DNA of 64,000 nt from a virus, in the IMG/VR virus record IMGVR_UViG_3300022752_004319, positions 67,754 to 131,753 of that record. The stretch is one strand, 5' to 3'. Under the pieces are notes generated by a model. It was not told where the DNA came from. It was given only the letters and a program-made list of their open reading frames with translations, and searched no databases. Numbering within the stretch: position 1 is the first letter of the stretch; every line of letters starts with the position of its first letter. Shown one piece after another: positions 50,376-61,068 of the stretch. Made by a program: the position numbers and the translations under genes.

Positions 50376-52130
50376 ATGGATATTCAAAACTATTTGGTAG
50401 TCAAACCTGAATTATTAAATGCTTCAGCACCACAGACTGACATTGGGATCAATGTACAATTGAATGAAAGTCAAACTCAAATTGTTGAATATGATCAAAC
50501 ATCCAACATTAATTTATTCGATGTTTTTTATAATGAAAGACAAAAATCTACAATTTTCAGACCGATAGTTAAAATATCGTACGTGTATGATAATAATATT
50601 ATTGGATATTGTCCAAATCCAAGTTGGTCTAATTATCGAAATAATTTATATTACATAAATCCTCCACAATCTATAATTTCAGGACAATGGAGTGGATTAC
50701 CATCGTATCAAGAATTTGAATTTATAAGAACGGATATAAATAATACACAACTAAATAACACAAATTTCCAAGGATTTATTGTTAAAAGTTCATCAACTTA
50801 TAATTGGGCTGTTAGACTTTCTTACCCTTTCGAAAATCTATCTAATGTTGAGATGTCTTACAATTTCAAACAGACATCAATCAACTGGATTGCTAGTGCT
50901 GGGATACCTTTTATAATATCAATTGGTACTGATAATGGATTACAAATACTACAATTCAATTGTCCAGTCAAACATAACCTTTTAATTGGGGATTATGTGG
51001 AGTTACTTTCACCGATATCTGGTCAAACTTTTATGTATAATAGTGGTAATACTTACCAAGTTTATAGTTTGGGTAACAACACGTATGGGTCTGATGAATA
51101 CATTTTCAATTTATACAATTTGGGATATACTGGTAATACTTTTTTTTCAGGTAAAACTGGTACTTTCAAAAGAATTATAGATATCAACAATCCACAAGAA
51201 TCTAAATCTAGATATTATGTAAAAAATCATAGAATTTTGACTAACGCTCAAGATACTATGATAACAAGAAGTGGGTATGAAGAAAATTCGTATGCAAATG
51301 GCGCGGTCTACCAGTTGTCAGGGGCGACACCAAATGGGAAAGCAAATATTTTTACGTATCAAAGTTCATACGCATACAATGCAACATTTGAAAGAGATTT
51401 CAACATTGAAAATAGATTAGATAATAACGGTAAACCAATTTCAGAAATTTTTGTATCGTTTCAATGGTGTGGGTATATGGGGTGGCATAATCAACTACAA
51501 AGGGGTTGGCAATTTAATATGACAAGTGGAACAACCAATTCATGGTTTGATACTCGCAATTCAAATTCGTTTGAAAGTAATTCACTGGTTCAATATACAC
51601 AAAACGAAAGTTCACAACCAACTCAACCATCAAATATTTTTCAGTTCAAAGTAAATTTACCTAAAAATAGTGGTGATACAATATATGGTGATTTTTGTGA
51701 ATACAATGACATAGAACAACTAGAAAGAGTTATATCACCATATATGAATAAATTTTCATATAACCAAGCTTTGTTCACAACGGATGTAAGTGCTAATCAA
51801 ACGAACCCAAATGGGTTCTATTATCAGGTACATTTTCCGATTAAGATAAGAGTTTTCTCTTCGTATTTAGAAACTGCACCACAACCAGCAATAAACTCTG
51901 TACCAAATTATGCATATTTTTCAGAAAATCAAAATGAATGGATTTGGAGAGATTTATATGATTATGGATTTATAGACGCACAAGGTGTTGGTCTTGATAT
52001 ACCGTTTTTAAATGAGGCACATTATCCATACAAGAATGTGATTTTCAAATTATATTCAGATGAATCATCATTTGTAATACCTGATTTTTATCAGATAACG
52101 ATTGAACCTTTAACTGATCCCTGTGAATAA
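50376..52130 (+). CDS. Hypothetical structural protein
   Basis: Long ORF; ATG 50376 follows the previous stop by 1 nt; WIWRDLYDYG..PFLN..HY C-terminus. Confidence 0.6.
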   Translation: MDIQNYLVVKPELLNASAPQTDIGINVQLNESQTQIVEYDQTSNINLFDVFYNERQKSTIFRPIVKISYVYDNNIIGYCPNPSWSNYRNNLYYINPPQSIISGQWSGLPSYQEFEFIRTDINNTQLNNTNFQGFIVKSSSTYNWAVRLSYPFENLSNVEMSYNFKQTSINWIASAGIPFIISIGTDNGLQILQFNCPVKHNLLIGDYVELLSPISGQTFMYNSGNTYQVYSLGNNTYGSDEYIFNLYNLGYTGNTFFSGKTGTFKRIIDINNPQESKSRYYVKNHRILTNAQDTMITRSGYEENSYANGAVYQLSGATPNGKANIFTYQSSYAYNATFERDFNIENRLDNNGKPISEIFVSFQWCGYMGWHNQLQRGWQFNMTSGTTNSWFDTRNSNSFESNSLVQYTQNESSQPTQPSNIFQFKVNLPKNSGDTIYGDFCEYNDIEQLERVISPYMNKFSYNQALFTTDVSANQTNPNGFYYQVHFPIKIRVFSSYLETAPQPAINSVPNYAYFSENQNEWIWRDLYDYGFIDAQGVGLDIPFLNEAHYPYKNVIFKLYSDESSFVIPDFYQITIEPLTDPCE

Positions 52131-52941
52131 AGTTCAAATATTGTTAAACAATAGACCAAAAGAAATTGTGATTCCTTTAGAATCGACATGGGATATGTAC
52201 GGACAACAAGACGGTATTGAGCAGTATGAAGCCAGTATGATTGAAGAAATTTTAAATACTGATCAGGATTTTGAAGTTTCAAGATTTGAACACAAATCTT
52301 ATCCCACACAAACAAAAGAAGCGACCTCAATTCATTATGAATTTTGGCTTTATAACCCAACATTGGTTAACACCGCATCAACTATAACAGCGATATCTGG
52401 AACTTGGGAAAATTCATACACGACAAAATTTTCGAAGAATGAAATATATTTTCAGAGAGCTAATTTCAAAAAATCTTTTTGGAAACTTGATTTATATGAT
52501 TCACCAAGTTCAATACAACAACAAAATTATATTACAATTATTTTACCTACACATCAAGGATTACTTCAAACTACACAAATTGGATTTTTCCCAAATATTC
52601 TAATAAAAAAACCAAAGTATGTTTTGGATTATATTGGTGATAAAGAAGGTTTTTTTATTTATTGGTTGAAAAAAAGAAATTATTTGGATCTTGATACATT
52701 TTATATGTCCGCAAAATTCTTTGATGCTGATATTGGACAATTTATAAGGATGATGAATACACCACAAACAAATTTAAGTAATACATCCAATCCATTCACT
52801 TTCGATCAAGAACAATATTTCTACTATAAAGTAAAATTAGATTACTTAACTCAAAAATATGAGGTTTTTACTTACCCAGGTATAGCTAGAGTTGGTACAG
52901 AGACAGCACCCATAAAATGGTATGAATATGTAAATCCTTGA
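52123..52941 (+). CDS. Hypothetical structural protein
   Basis: GTG start overlapping previous gene; 272 aa. Confidence 0.6.
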   Translation: MNKVQILLNNRPKEIVIPLESTWDMYGQQDGIEQYEASMIEEILNTDQDFEVSRFEHKSYPTQTKEATSIHYEFWLYNPTLVNTASTITAISGTWENSYTTKFSKNEIYFQRANFKKSFWKLDLYDSPSSIQQQNYITIILPTHQGLLQTTQIGFFPNILIKKPKYVLDYIGDKEGFFIYWLKKRNYLDLDTFYMSAKFFDADIGQFIRMMNTPQTNLSNTSNPFTFDQEQYFYYKVKLDYLTQKYEVFTYPGIARVGTETAPIKWYEYVNP

Positions 52942-52945
52942 AATT

Positions 52946-54064
52946 ATGGAATCTCAAACTATGAAAATTAACATTTCTCCAGAATTTTTAATTACCAACA
53001 AATTTATTGTACAAGTTTCTGGTGAAACTTATGGGGTATATTCTGGTATTACACAAATGTTGACAAGTGGACCAACTAACCAAATTACAGGTAGACCTAC
53101 ATCACTTTTTACTGGATTTACATTTCCAATTTTACTCACACAAACAATTGTTGATATCGGATACTATTCTGTATTTGATGGTGCTATATCTCAATTGAAT
53201 GTTGTAACTAATTTTATTTTTTCATCGACAACAAATTCAGGATATACATGGACTATTTTTAATACATCTGATGTTGAATTTAAAACTTATTTATCGATAG
53301 CAAATTATATTGTTGATTGGGGTGACGGGTCACCACTTGAAGTTGTATCCGCATACACACCAAATGGTATTGTTCATACATATCCGACTAATCCAAGTGG
53401 GTATACGATAACACTACAACAAATAAGTATGTTTGGTATCAATACAATCCTCAAACAAATTCAAACACCATACCAAATTGTGCCGATGTTAGATCCAACT
53501 GGTGAGGCTTTTTTTACACCTATGGTCGGAAGTTGGACTGGAACACCTATATCTTATAATTTTATTTTTAGTGGAGATGCGGTCAACACGGTGTCAGCCC
53601 AAGTAAGTTCGGCATATACAAACGTTCCATTTACTGTAAGTGGTGTTACAAAATCAAGATTAAAAGAATTATACATATATGGTCCACCACCAAACTATAA
53701 AGTTGGTGTTGATATAAATCAAAATGGGGAGTTTTTTGGACGGGTAATAGACATCAATGCAACTTACACTGAATATATTATCCAAGATGTTACTTATTTT
53801 GATTATGTTGGTAAAGGTTTTGGGGATGTGGGTATTACTCTATATTTCTTACCGTCAAGTGGTTTAACCGCAAATCATCTAGTTGCTGAACCACTTGTGA
53901 AAGACGAACTTTTACTTGGGATTGTTTCTGAACCAGAAGTTCAAGCTGATATTTTTATAGATCGAGGTAGGAATTCAGCATTTGAAAGAGTACAACGACT
54001 TGGAGAGGTTGATAGTCTTAGAGACTTAACAACTTACGGATACGGTTTTTTTGATCTTTCCTAA
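52946..54064 (+). CDS. Hypothetical structural protein with PKD-like motif
   Basis: VDWGDGS..HTY..YTITL. Confidence 0.6.
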   Translation: MESQTMKINISPEFLITNKFIVQVSGETYGVYSGITQMLTSGPTNQITGRPTSLFTGFTFPILLTQTIVDIGYYSVFDGAISQLNVVTNFIFSSTTNSGYTWTIFNTSDVEFKTYLSIANYIVDWGDGSPLEVVSAYTPNGIVHTYPTNPSGYTITLQQISMFGINTILKQIQTPYQIVPMLDPTGEAFFTPMVGSWTGTPISYNFIFSGDAVNTVSAQVSSAYTNVPFTVSGVTKSRLKELYIYGPPPNYKVGVDINQNGEFFGRVIDINATYTEYIIQDVTYFDYVGKGFGDVGITLYFLPSSGLTANHLVAEPLVKDELLLGIVSEPEVQADIFIDRGRNSAFERVQRLGEVDSLRDLTTYGYGFFDLS

Positions 54065-54098
54065 ACTAAAATTTCGATATTTATTAAAAAAACTAAAA

Positions 54099-55007
54099 AT
54101 GGCAATAGGAACATACGGAACAATAAGACCTGCGGATTGCTCTCCTGAGGATGTAGAAATTCTTATGAATTATACACCGTCAAGGGATGTAACAAATGAT
54201 TTTGTACTTACAAAATTGGATGCTAGTCAAATTTTAAGACCATATTTTAATAACGCTCAAACTGGTGGAAACACAAATGAGATATTAGGAGGACTATACA
54301 ATTTGAGATTACCATCAGAAACCTTTACACAATTAGGTATTTATACTTTGTATATTAGACCTGCACAAATCAGAACAATAATTACCGATTGTAATGTTTT
54401 ATCAGCCTTACCAAATGTAAAAGGTCTCATAATAGATCTTTCTAATGTACCTTCTCAATTTGTTAATAAGTTTCAAGCTCAAGGTTTGGTTGGGTTCAGG
54501 GTTGAGTATTTGGATAACAACGGAAGTAAAATTCCAAATTTCTTTAGGATTATCACATCTAATTTCTTTTGTGAAGCAATTGTACAAAACTTAACAAATA
54601 CATCACAAAAAGCAATTCGTTATCGTTATAGTGAGGGTCAAACAAACTTGGTATTTTGTACTTTATCACCTAGTTCATCTCCAAGTAATAACCCAGCAGC
54701 AACACCATTTATTGGCCAACCTGGACAAAATATAATTTTATCAAACACATTTTTCAACCCACTTACTGTTGAGGTTCAAGTTACGCAGTATGATTTGGAA
54801 ACTTTGAATATTGCTTTCTATGGTAATCAAACAAAATCGATGGAAGATGGTATTTACACAATTTACGATCCACAAAACAACATTTATTCACAATTTAATC
54901 TTTACGAAATTAAAGATGAATTTGATAACCCATTGTATGAGGTTAAACAAAATAGAGGTGAAAATATTGATTTCAGTAAATCATTTCAACTAATTACAAC
55001 ACAGTAA
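54099..55007 (+). CDS. Hypothetical structural protein
   Basis: ATG 54099 preceded by TATTTAT and A-rich leader. Confidence 0.6.
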   Translation: MAIGTYGTIRPADCSPEDVEILMNYTPSRDVTNDFVLTKLDASQILRPYFNNAQTGGNTNEILGGLYNLRLPSETFTQLGIYTLYIRPAQIRTIITDCNVLSALPNVKGLIIDLSNVPSQFVNKFQAQGLVGFRVEYLDNNGSKIPNFFRIITSNFFCEAIVQNLTNTSQKAIRYRYSEGQTNLVFCTLSPSSSPSNNPAATPFIGQPGQNIILSNTFFNPLTVEVQVTQYDLETLNIAFYGNQTKSMEDGIYTIYDPQNNIYSQFNLYEIKDEFDNPLYEVKQNRGENIDFSKSFQLITTQ

Positions 55008-55011
55008 GTTA

Positions 55012-57507
55012 ATGGTAAGAAGATTTTTTAGGACAAACGGAGCCTCAGGTGCGGACACGCCATTTGATAATATTGTTGGTTTACAGACAGTAACTGGTGG
55101 TGGTTTAACTCAAGGTAATTTCCAATTTGATGTTTCGTTATCCGAAAAAAATAATAGAACATTTAATATAGGTGTATTTAGTGATCCAATATCTTTAGAT
55201 AGTTTAGGACTTGTTTCAGTCGATGAATCGAGAGAATTACAAGCTAAAGAGTATCGTGTATTTCCAAACATTGACCTTTCATTAGTTACAAATTTCACAT
55301 TGTATGGGTCATTGAGAAAAAGACTAGAAGTTTCAGTTCAAAAAATATTAGGATATTTTCCAGCAGGTATTGTCATAGATTTTTATAATTTAGATTTAAC
55401 AACAGGGAATACCGCATATAACATTTCATATAATGCAATTTCTGATCTTACAACTTTGACGATCAACGTTGAGAAAATACAAAATCCATTTTCGATTGAT
55501 TATAGTTCAAAATCAAAAATTAATTTACAAAATAGAGAATCCGAATTCTCACCAATCAGAGATTTAACAAACAGATTTAGAGATTATGTTTTGGTTGTTG
55601 ATTCAAAACCTTATACTTTAATAGATTTCAGGCCTTCAAATAGTTTACTATCAGGTACAATAACGTTAAAGGTTTCAGGTAGACCATTCTTGAATACGAT
55701 ATCAAATTCAAATCTAGTAATTAGACCAAATGATTTTTTAGTTGAAAAAACATTTTCTGAAGAGTTTGACGAAGTTGTTCAGTTTTTACTTAATCGTTTA
55801 GTCATTCCAAAATATACAGCAACATTTGTTGTTCCGATAGAAGGTAATGATGGTATTGTAGCACTAGAAACTCAAAGTGTTAGTTTTCCGTTGGATGGAA
55901 ATTGGAATCTAGATATAAGAACAAACAACTTTGCAAATTATTTAGAAAAACTAAATAAAATAGGCGAACAATTTGATCAATTTAAAACTAATTTAGTCAC
56001 AAGATTTTTAACAACTAATTCATTTTTGGAATTCGATACCATTGATCAAAAAGTTTTTAAAATACTTCAAATATATGGTAGAAGTTTTGATCAAATAAAA
56101 TTATACATCTCAGCTCTAGCTAATATGACAAGTGTACAATACCAATTAGGTGATACAATACCTGATGAACTATTGAAATATTTAGCTGAAACTTTGGGTT
56201 GGAAAATTAATGTATCACCAATTGTTCAACAAGGATATCTAGAGTCAACTTTATCAGTAACTGGTGTAAGTCAATATGCTGGGTATTCTAGAGAATTGAC
56301 TGATAATGAAATCAATTATCAATTTTATCAAAATTTAATTATTAATTCAGCTTATTTGTACAAATCAAAAGGAACACGAAAATCAATTGAATTTTTATTG
56401 AATTTTTTAGGGATACCTCAAGCAATTACTGAATTTAATGAATTCATTTATGTTGCCGATCAAAGAATTGATATGAATGAATTTTATAGTCAACTTTTTG
56501 AAATTACTGGAGGAACTTATGTTCAAGAAATTACGGTTCCAGCAACAGATGATGTTTATAGATTATATGGGGTATCATACACAGGTTTTAGTTCATCCAC
56601 GATCGTTGAGTCTGTAAATGTAAATTTCGATAATTATGCTGTTGATGAATTTGGGTATCCGTACGCACCGATTGAAACCGATGATTATTTTTTTGAAAAA
56701 GGTTCAGGGTGGTTTGAATCGACACCACAACACAGAAGCCCTGAAGTTGTCGTACCAACCACGTCAGTATTTACAGGATCAAGTCCTTTTGTTCAAACAG
56801 TATTACAACCTTTTACATATGGACAAGAATATTTTTCAAAATGGAGATCATTTCCTTATATGAATTTAGGTTTTAATTTGACATTGGTTAGAGATAACAG
56901 AAAATCGTGGCAACCACCCATAATAAGAAAAAGCACAAACGCTAATTTTAATGCATATTATATTGTTGAAAATGATAAATTGGCTATAAATGTAAAAAAT
57001 ATAGAAATTTTTTTAAATCCAGGACAAGGACTTTTATATGATGTTTGGTACATGTCAAGGAACTTCGACTATCCAATACCTAATTCTGGAATGACGCCAG
57101 CATATCCAAGTTTAGGTAGTTACAATTGGAGTTTTATTAATCCAGAAGCAAATAAAAAAACTTTTTTTGAGTTTCAAATAGATTTTATTCGTTCAACAAT
57201 AAATGTAAGAGATAGGTGGTATAGTACTGATGGTAAAACAAGTGGGTATTCATCATTACTTGATATTTTTTACAATTTTTTACAATCTCAACAAGTCGGT
57301 GTTCCAAATTTTGGTTTCACTTATCAAAAATTGATAGATTATTCTGAGGGTGTCGGACCTAATTGGGTGAGATTAATTGAACAATTTGTCCCTGCAACCA
57401 CAATATGGCAAACAGGTATTAGATATGAAAATTCACCAATGCAAAGACAAAAATTTGTTTGGAAAAAACAACAACTTTGTTATTTAGTATCAGCATCACC
57501 AATATAA
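55012..57507 (+). CDS. Baseplate wedge protein (gp7 / P2 tail protein I-like)
   Basis: PDELLKYLAETLGW and YLYKSKGTRKSIEFLLNFLG motifs. Confidence 0.7.
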   Translation: MVRRFFRTNGASGADTPFDNIVGLQTVTGGGLTQGNFQFDVSLSEKNNRTFNIGVFSDPISLDSLGLVSVDESRELQAKEYRVFPNIDLSLVTNFTLYGSLRKRLEVSVQKILGYFPAGIVIDFYNLDLTTGNTAYNISYNAISDLTTLTINVEKIQNPFSIDYSSKSKINLQNRESEFSPIRDLTNRFRDYVLVVDSKPYTLIDFRPSNSLLSGTITLKVSGRPFLNTISNSNLVIRPNDFLVEKTFSEEFDEVVQFLLNRLVIPKYTATFVVPIEGNDGIVALETQSVSFPLDGNWNLDIRTNNFANYLEKLNKIGEQFDQFKTNLVTRFLTTNSFLEFDTIDQKVFKILQIYGRSFDQIKLYISALANMTSVQYQLGDTIPDELLKYLAETLGWKINVSPIVQQGYLESTLSVTGVSQYAGYSRELTDNEINYQFYQNLIINSAYLYKSKGTRKSIEFLLNFLGIPQAITEFNEFIYVADQRIDMNEFYSQLFEITGGTYVQEITVPATDDVYRLYGVSYTGFSSSTIVESVNVNFDNYAVDEFGYPYAPIETDDYFFEKGSGWFESTPQHRSPEVVVPTTSVFTGSSPFVQTVLQPFTYGQEYFSKWRSFPYMNLGFNLTLVRDNRKSWQPPIIRKSTNANFNAYYIVENDKLAINVKNIEIFLNPGQGLLYDVWYMSRNFDYPIPNSGMTPAYPSLGSYNWSFINPEANKKTFFEFQIDFIRSTINVRDRWYSTDGKTSGYSSLLDIFYNFLQSQQVGVPNFGFTYQKLIDYSEGVGPNWVRLIEQFVPATTIWQTGIRYENSPMQRQKFVWKKQQLCYLVSASPI

Positions 57508-57547
57508 ACTGATTTACATATACACAAAAAAAATTTCAAAACATAAT

Positions 57548-58048
57548 ATGAGAATTGTAAATCCGAACAACCGAGTTTTTATTCTTAATTACAATAGTGC
57601 TGCGACAGGACAATTATTTTCTTTTAATTGTAATTATCAATATGTAACTACAAATATATTCCCTTGGACGACAACAACATTGGGAGCAACATCTTTCTCT
57701 GATGTACTTTTTATTATTTTAAACAATTATCTTTCAGAACAAGGAATTATATTGAGTAATTGTTTGACAAGTTCCGTAAATTCATTGTGGTATGTAGATA
57801 TTTCGATAAACAATACAACTTTAGTTAAGTTCCCGTTTTTTAATGGTTATGGTACTACACAAGTACCTAATGATAATCAGTGGAGATCAGCGGTTAATTC
57901 GGCACTTTCACAATTATTAAATTTTAGTTATTATTATTTTTTTGTTGGTGATGTTGTAACAATTTATAATCTTTTGTGTCCAGATACACAAGCTTTAGTA
58001 AATGTTGACATTAATGTTGGAATAAATTTCTCGATCGAATGTAATTAA
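57548..58048 (+). CDS. Hypothetical protein, paralogous to a domain in the next gene
   Basis: FFNG..QVPNDNQW..AV motif shared with 58052 protein. Confidence 0.6.
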   Translation: MRIVNPNNRVFILNYNSAATGQLFSFNCNYQYVTTNIFPWTTTTLGATSFSDVLFIILNNYLSEQGIILSNCLTSSVNSLWYVDISINNTTLVKFPFFNGYGTTQVPNDNQWRSAVNSALSQLLNFSYYYFFVGDVVTIYNLLCPDTQALVNVDINVGINFSIECN

Positions 58049-58051
58049 AGT

Positions 58052-60757
58052 ATGGCACAACTATCACTTATTTATTCTGTAACTGGAACATGTCAAACAA
58101 TAAACCCTGGGTCTATTCAAGTTTTTGCGTCAGGAGGTATTGAGCCATATTTTTATACTTGGTTAGATCCTATACAATTCACAGGTGCCACTTTAACAGG
58201 ATTAGGACCAGGATCATACAATGTGTTAGTTAATGATAGTGCGGCACCTGTAAATAATTATGTTTATTTAAATGTTTCAGTATCTAGTGGAATTTGTTTA
58301 AGTTTGGTAACATCGGCAAATACTTCTTGTGGAGATTCCAATGGTGTAATTACTGTTTCAGCCATTACAGATTATAGCGTAATTAATTATACACTTCTTG
58401 ATATCAATAACAACATTGTTTCCAATTTAGAAAACTACCAACTACTTGCTTCTTTTACAAATCTGAGCGCTGGAACCTATACTGTTTTAGCTAATAGTTT
58501 AGCTGGATGTTCTGCCAGAACAGAATCAATCATTATAAATTCTGGTCAAACTTTAGATTTTGGTTTTTATACGGTAAATGATACACCATGTGATGTAAAC
58601 CCTACTGGTAAAATTTTTATTACAGGACTTACAGGTAATGGTCCTTATACGTATAATTGGACAAATGGTTTTACAGGTACCTCAATTACTGGATTGACTG
58701 AAGGTGCGTATGGTTGTACTGTGAGAAGTTCTGATAACTGTGTATTGACCAAGGCAACCTCAGTTGGTATGGAACCACTTTTAGGTCTTGGCGCTTGGAG
58801 TGCACTAACTATACCCACGTGTTTCAATAATGACGGATCTCTTATTTTAACAATAACAGGGGGAACTGGTCCTTATTATTACTCAGCATCAAATAGTAAT
58901 ATTTTAATTTCTTACGCACAAACACAAACATTCACAAATTTACCTGAGGGTATATTCACTGTGGATGTTACTGATGCAACTTTTTGTAAACAAACTTTTT
59001 CCACAACTCTCGATATTTTAGACACAATAAATAATGTAACCTTTATAACAAATGACTCTTTTTGTAGTTTGTCTGGCGGTTCGGTTACAATACAAGTATT
59101 TGGGGGAACACCACCTTACGTTTATACATTATCAGGTATTAGTGGTTCTGAAATAAGTACAACAAATAGTACAGAATATAGTTTTAGTAATCTAAGTCCG
59201 AATGAATATAATATATCCGTTTCAAATATTGGGGCTTGTACATACACAAAAAATTTCACAATATTAGCTCAAAATAAATTTACACACACAATATCTGTCA
59301 GTGGAACGAGTTGTGGAAATAATAATGGGGTGTTAACTATAGAAATAAGTTCTGGGGGTACAGCACCATACATATACTCGTTATCGAATGGGTTTACATT
59401 CCAAACCGATCAAACAAGTTATTCTTTTTCAAATCTAGCGTCAGGACAATATTTTTACTCTGTTACTGATATTGATGGTTGTAGACAAGAAGGAAATATT
59501 TTTGTTTTAACATCTCAAGCAGTCAATTTTGAACTTTATCCAGTTCCCTGTATTTCGGGTGGAAATGGATCTATAACCACTTTGATCAGTAGCGGAACTC
59601 CACCATTTACATTCAATTGGTCAAATAATGTATCTGGAAATCCACAACAAATATACATTACAGGACTAACAGCTGATACATATACACTATTAATAGTAGA
59701 TGGTAATGGATGTAGTTATTCAGCTACTACAATAATAGATTGTTTTGATGTTATATCAACCTACCAAGTTTATGGTATGAGCCAAAATAACTTTTCATAT
59801 ATTTCAGCTTCTAGAAGGGGAATGTTAGAAATGTTAAACCAAGGATATGCTAACTTAACGTCTGGATTGGGTGGTTGTCTATTGAGTGCAACCACATTTA
59901 CAGTACAATGTGAAATACAAAATACGACCATTTCAAGTTTATTCTTTACAGGATCAACACTTTTACAAATACCTACTGATACTCAGTGGTTTGAAGCTGT
60001 TTCTACTCTTTTAACACCATATGCTCAAGTTTTAACGATAGATCAACAAACAACTAATTTGACAATCGAAGTACCGAACAATCCTCCAAATCCTGTTTTT
60101 ACTGTTAATTTGCTTATTGATTATGTAATTAATTGTTTATCAACACCAACACCGACCCTTACTTCTTCAGTGACACCTACAAATACACCATCATTTACAC
60201 CAACCAAAACGGTTACACCAACACCAACTACTAGTTTTGGTATTATTCCTACTAACACCGTAACACCATCACAAACAATTTCAACAACTAATACAGTTAC
60301 ACCAACAGTGACATTAACAAATACTCCAACAGTAACTAATACAATAACACAAACAATGACTAGAACTATGACTAACACACCAACTGTGACTCGTAGTCAA
60401 ACGCCAACACCAACACCAACTTGTCCAGGTTCGACTGTTAATTGTTATGAATATTTATTAGATAATATCGGTTATCTATCAACAACTTATCAATATCAAG
60501 ATTGTTCAAACACAACTCAAATTATTACAGTACCTAGTAATAATTACGATGTAATTTGTGCTATTGAAAATACTGTTATACGTATCTCGGGCGCCATTAC
60601 ACCATTCCCAGAAATAGTTGATAGTGGCACTCCTTGTGGATCTGTTTGTGTACCAATTACACCAACACCAACTGTAACAATAGGACTTACACCAACACCG
60701 ACAGAAACACCAACTGTAACTCCGAGTAACTCAGTAACACCAACATCAACTTCTTAA
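58052..60757 (+). CDS. SprB-repeat adhesin-like protein with Thr/Pro linkers and Cys-rich module
   Basis: Repeated C..G.I...GGT.PY.Y.W..GL..GTY.V.V.D..GC units (about 7); TPT tracts. Confidence 0.75.
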   Translation: MAQLSLIYSVTGTCQTINPGSIQVFASGGIEPYFYTWLDPIQFTGATLTGLGPGSYNVLVNDSAAPVNNYVYLNVSVSSGICLSLVTSANTSCGDSNGVITVSAITDYSVINYTLLDINNNIVSNLENYQLLASFTNLSAGTYTVLANSLAGCSARTESIIINSGQTLDFGFYTVNDTPCDVNPTGKIFITGLTGNGPYTYNWTNGFTGTSITGLTEGAYGCTVRSSDNCVLTKATSVGMEPLLGLGAWSALTIPTCFNNDGSLILTITGGTGPYYYSASNSNILISYAQTQTFTNLPEGIFTVDVTDATFCKQTFSTTLDILDTINNVTFITNDSFCSLSGGSVTIQVFGGTPPYVYTLSGISGSEISTTNSTEYSFSNLSPNEYNISVSNIGACTYTKNFTILAQNKFTHTISVSGTSCGNNNGVLTIEISSGGTAPYIYSLSNGFTFQTDQTSYSFSNLASGQYFYSVTDIDGCRQEGNIFVLTSQAVNFELYPVPCISGGNGSITTLISSGTPPFTFNWSNNVSGNPQQIYITGLTADTYTLLIVDGNGCSYSATTIIDCFDVISTYQVYGMSQNNFSYISASRRGMLEMLNQGYANLTSGLGGCLLSATTFTVQCEIQNTTISSLFFTGSTLLQIPTDTQWFEAVSTLLTPYAQVLTIDQQTTNLTIEVPNNPPNPVFTVNLLIDYVINCLSTPTPTLTSSVTPTNTPSFTPTKTVTPTPTTSFGIIPTNTVTPSQTISTTNTVTPTVTLTNTPTVTNTITQTMTRTMTNTPTVTRSQTPTPTPTCPGSTVNCYEYLLDNIGYLSTTYQYQDCSNTTQIITVPSNNYDVICAIENTVIRISGAITPFPEIVDSGTPCGSVCVPITPTPTVTIGLTPTPTETPTVTPSNSVTPTSTS

Positions 60758-60767
60758 TTTTTCACTG

Positions 60768-61004
60768 ATGGCTTTTATTGAAATATCATCAGTAACAGGG
60801 ACTTCACCTTACCAACTATTTGTTTCTGATATTTACGGTAATAATGAAACACTAATAGGGTCATTTTCAGGATCCGTCCCACCTGCTCAATATTTTTCAG
60901 TACCCAAAGTATACGACACAGCACCAATTGTTAAAATAAAAGTGATTGATTCTCAAAACTGTGTCCAAACAATAGATAGTACTTGTTTGGTTAGTCCACC
61001 TTGA
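60768..61004 (+). CDS. Small single-domain protein, paralogue of the N-terminus of the next gene
   Basis: MAFIEISSVTGTSPYQLFVSDIYGNN vs MAFVQISSIVGSPPYQFYVSDVYGNN. Confidence 0.75.
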   Translation: MAFIEISSVTGTSPYQLFVSDIYGNNETLIGSFSGSVPPAQYFSVPKVYDTAPIVKIKVIDSQNCVQTIDSTCLVSPP

Positions 61005-61068
61005 AGAAATCAACATCATATCCAAATGTAATTAAATCTGTATTGGTCTATTTATTGGTTATTAACAC

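Noticed and set aside
15017-54098. ORF-track starts at 15017, 16651, 40518, 50322 and 54051
   Set aside because: Downstream ATGs (15071, 16669, 40527, 50376, 54099) fit leaders, motifs and gene spacing better
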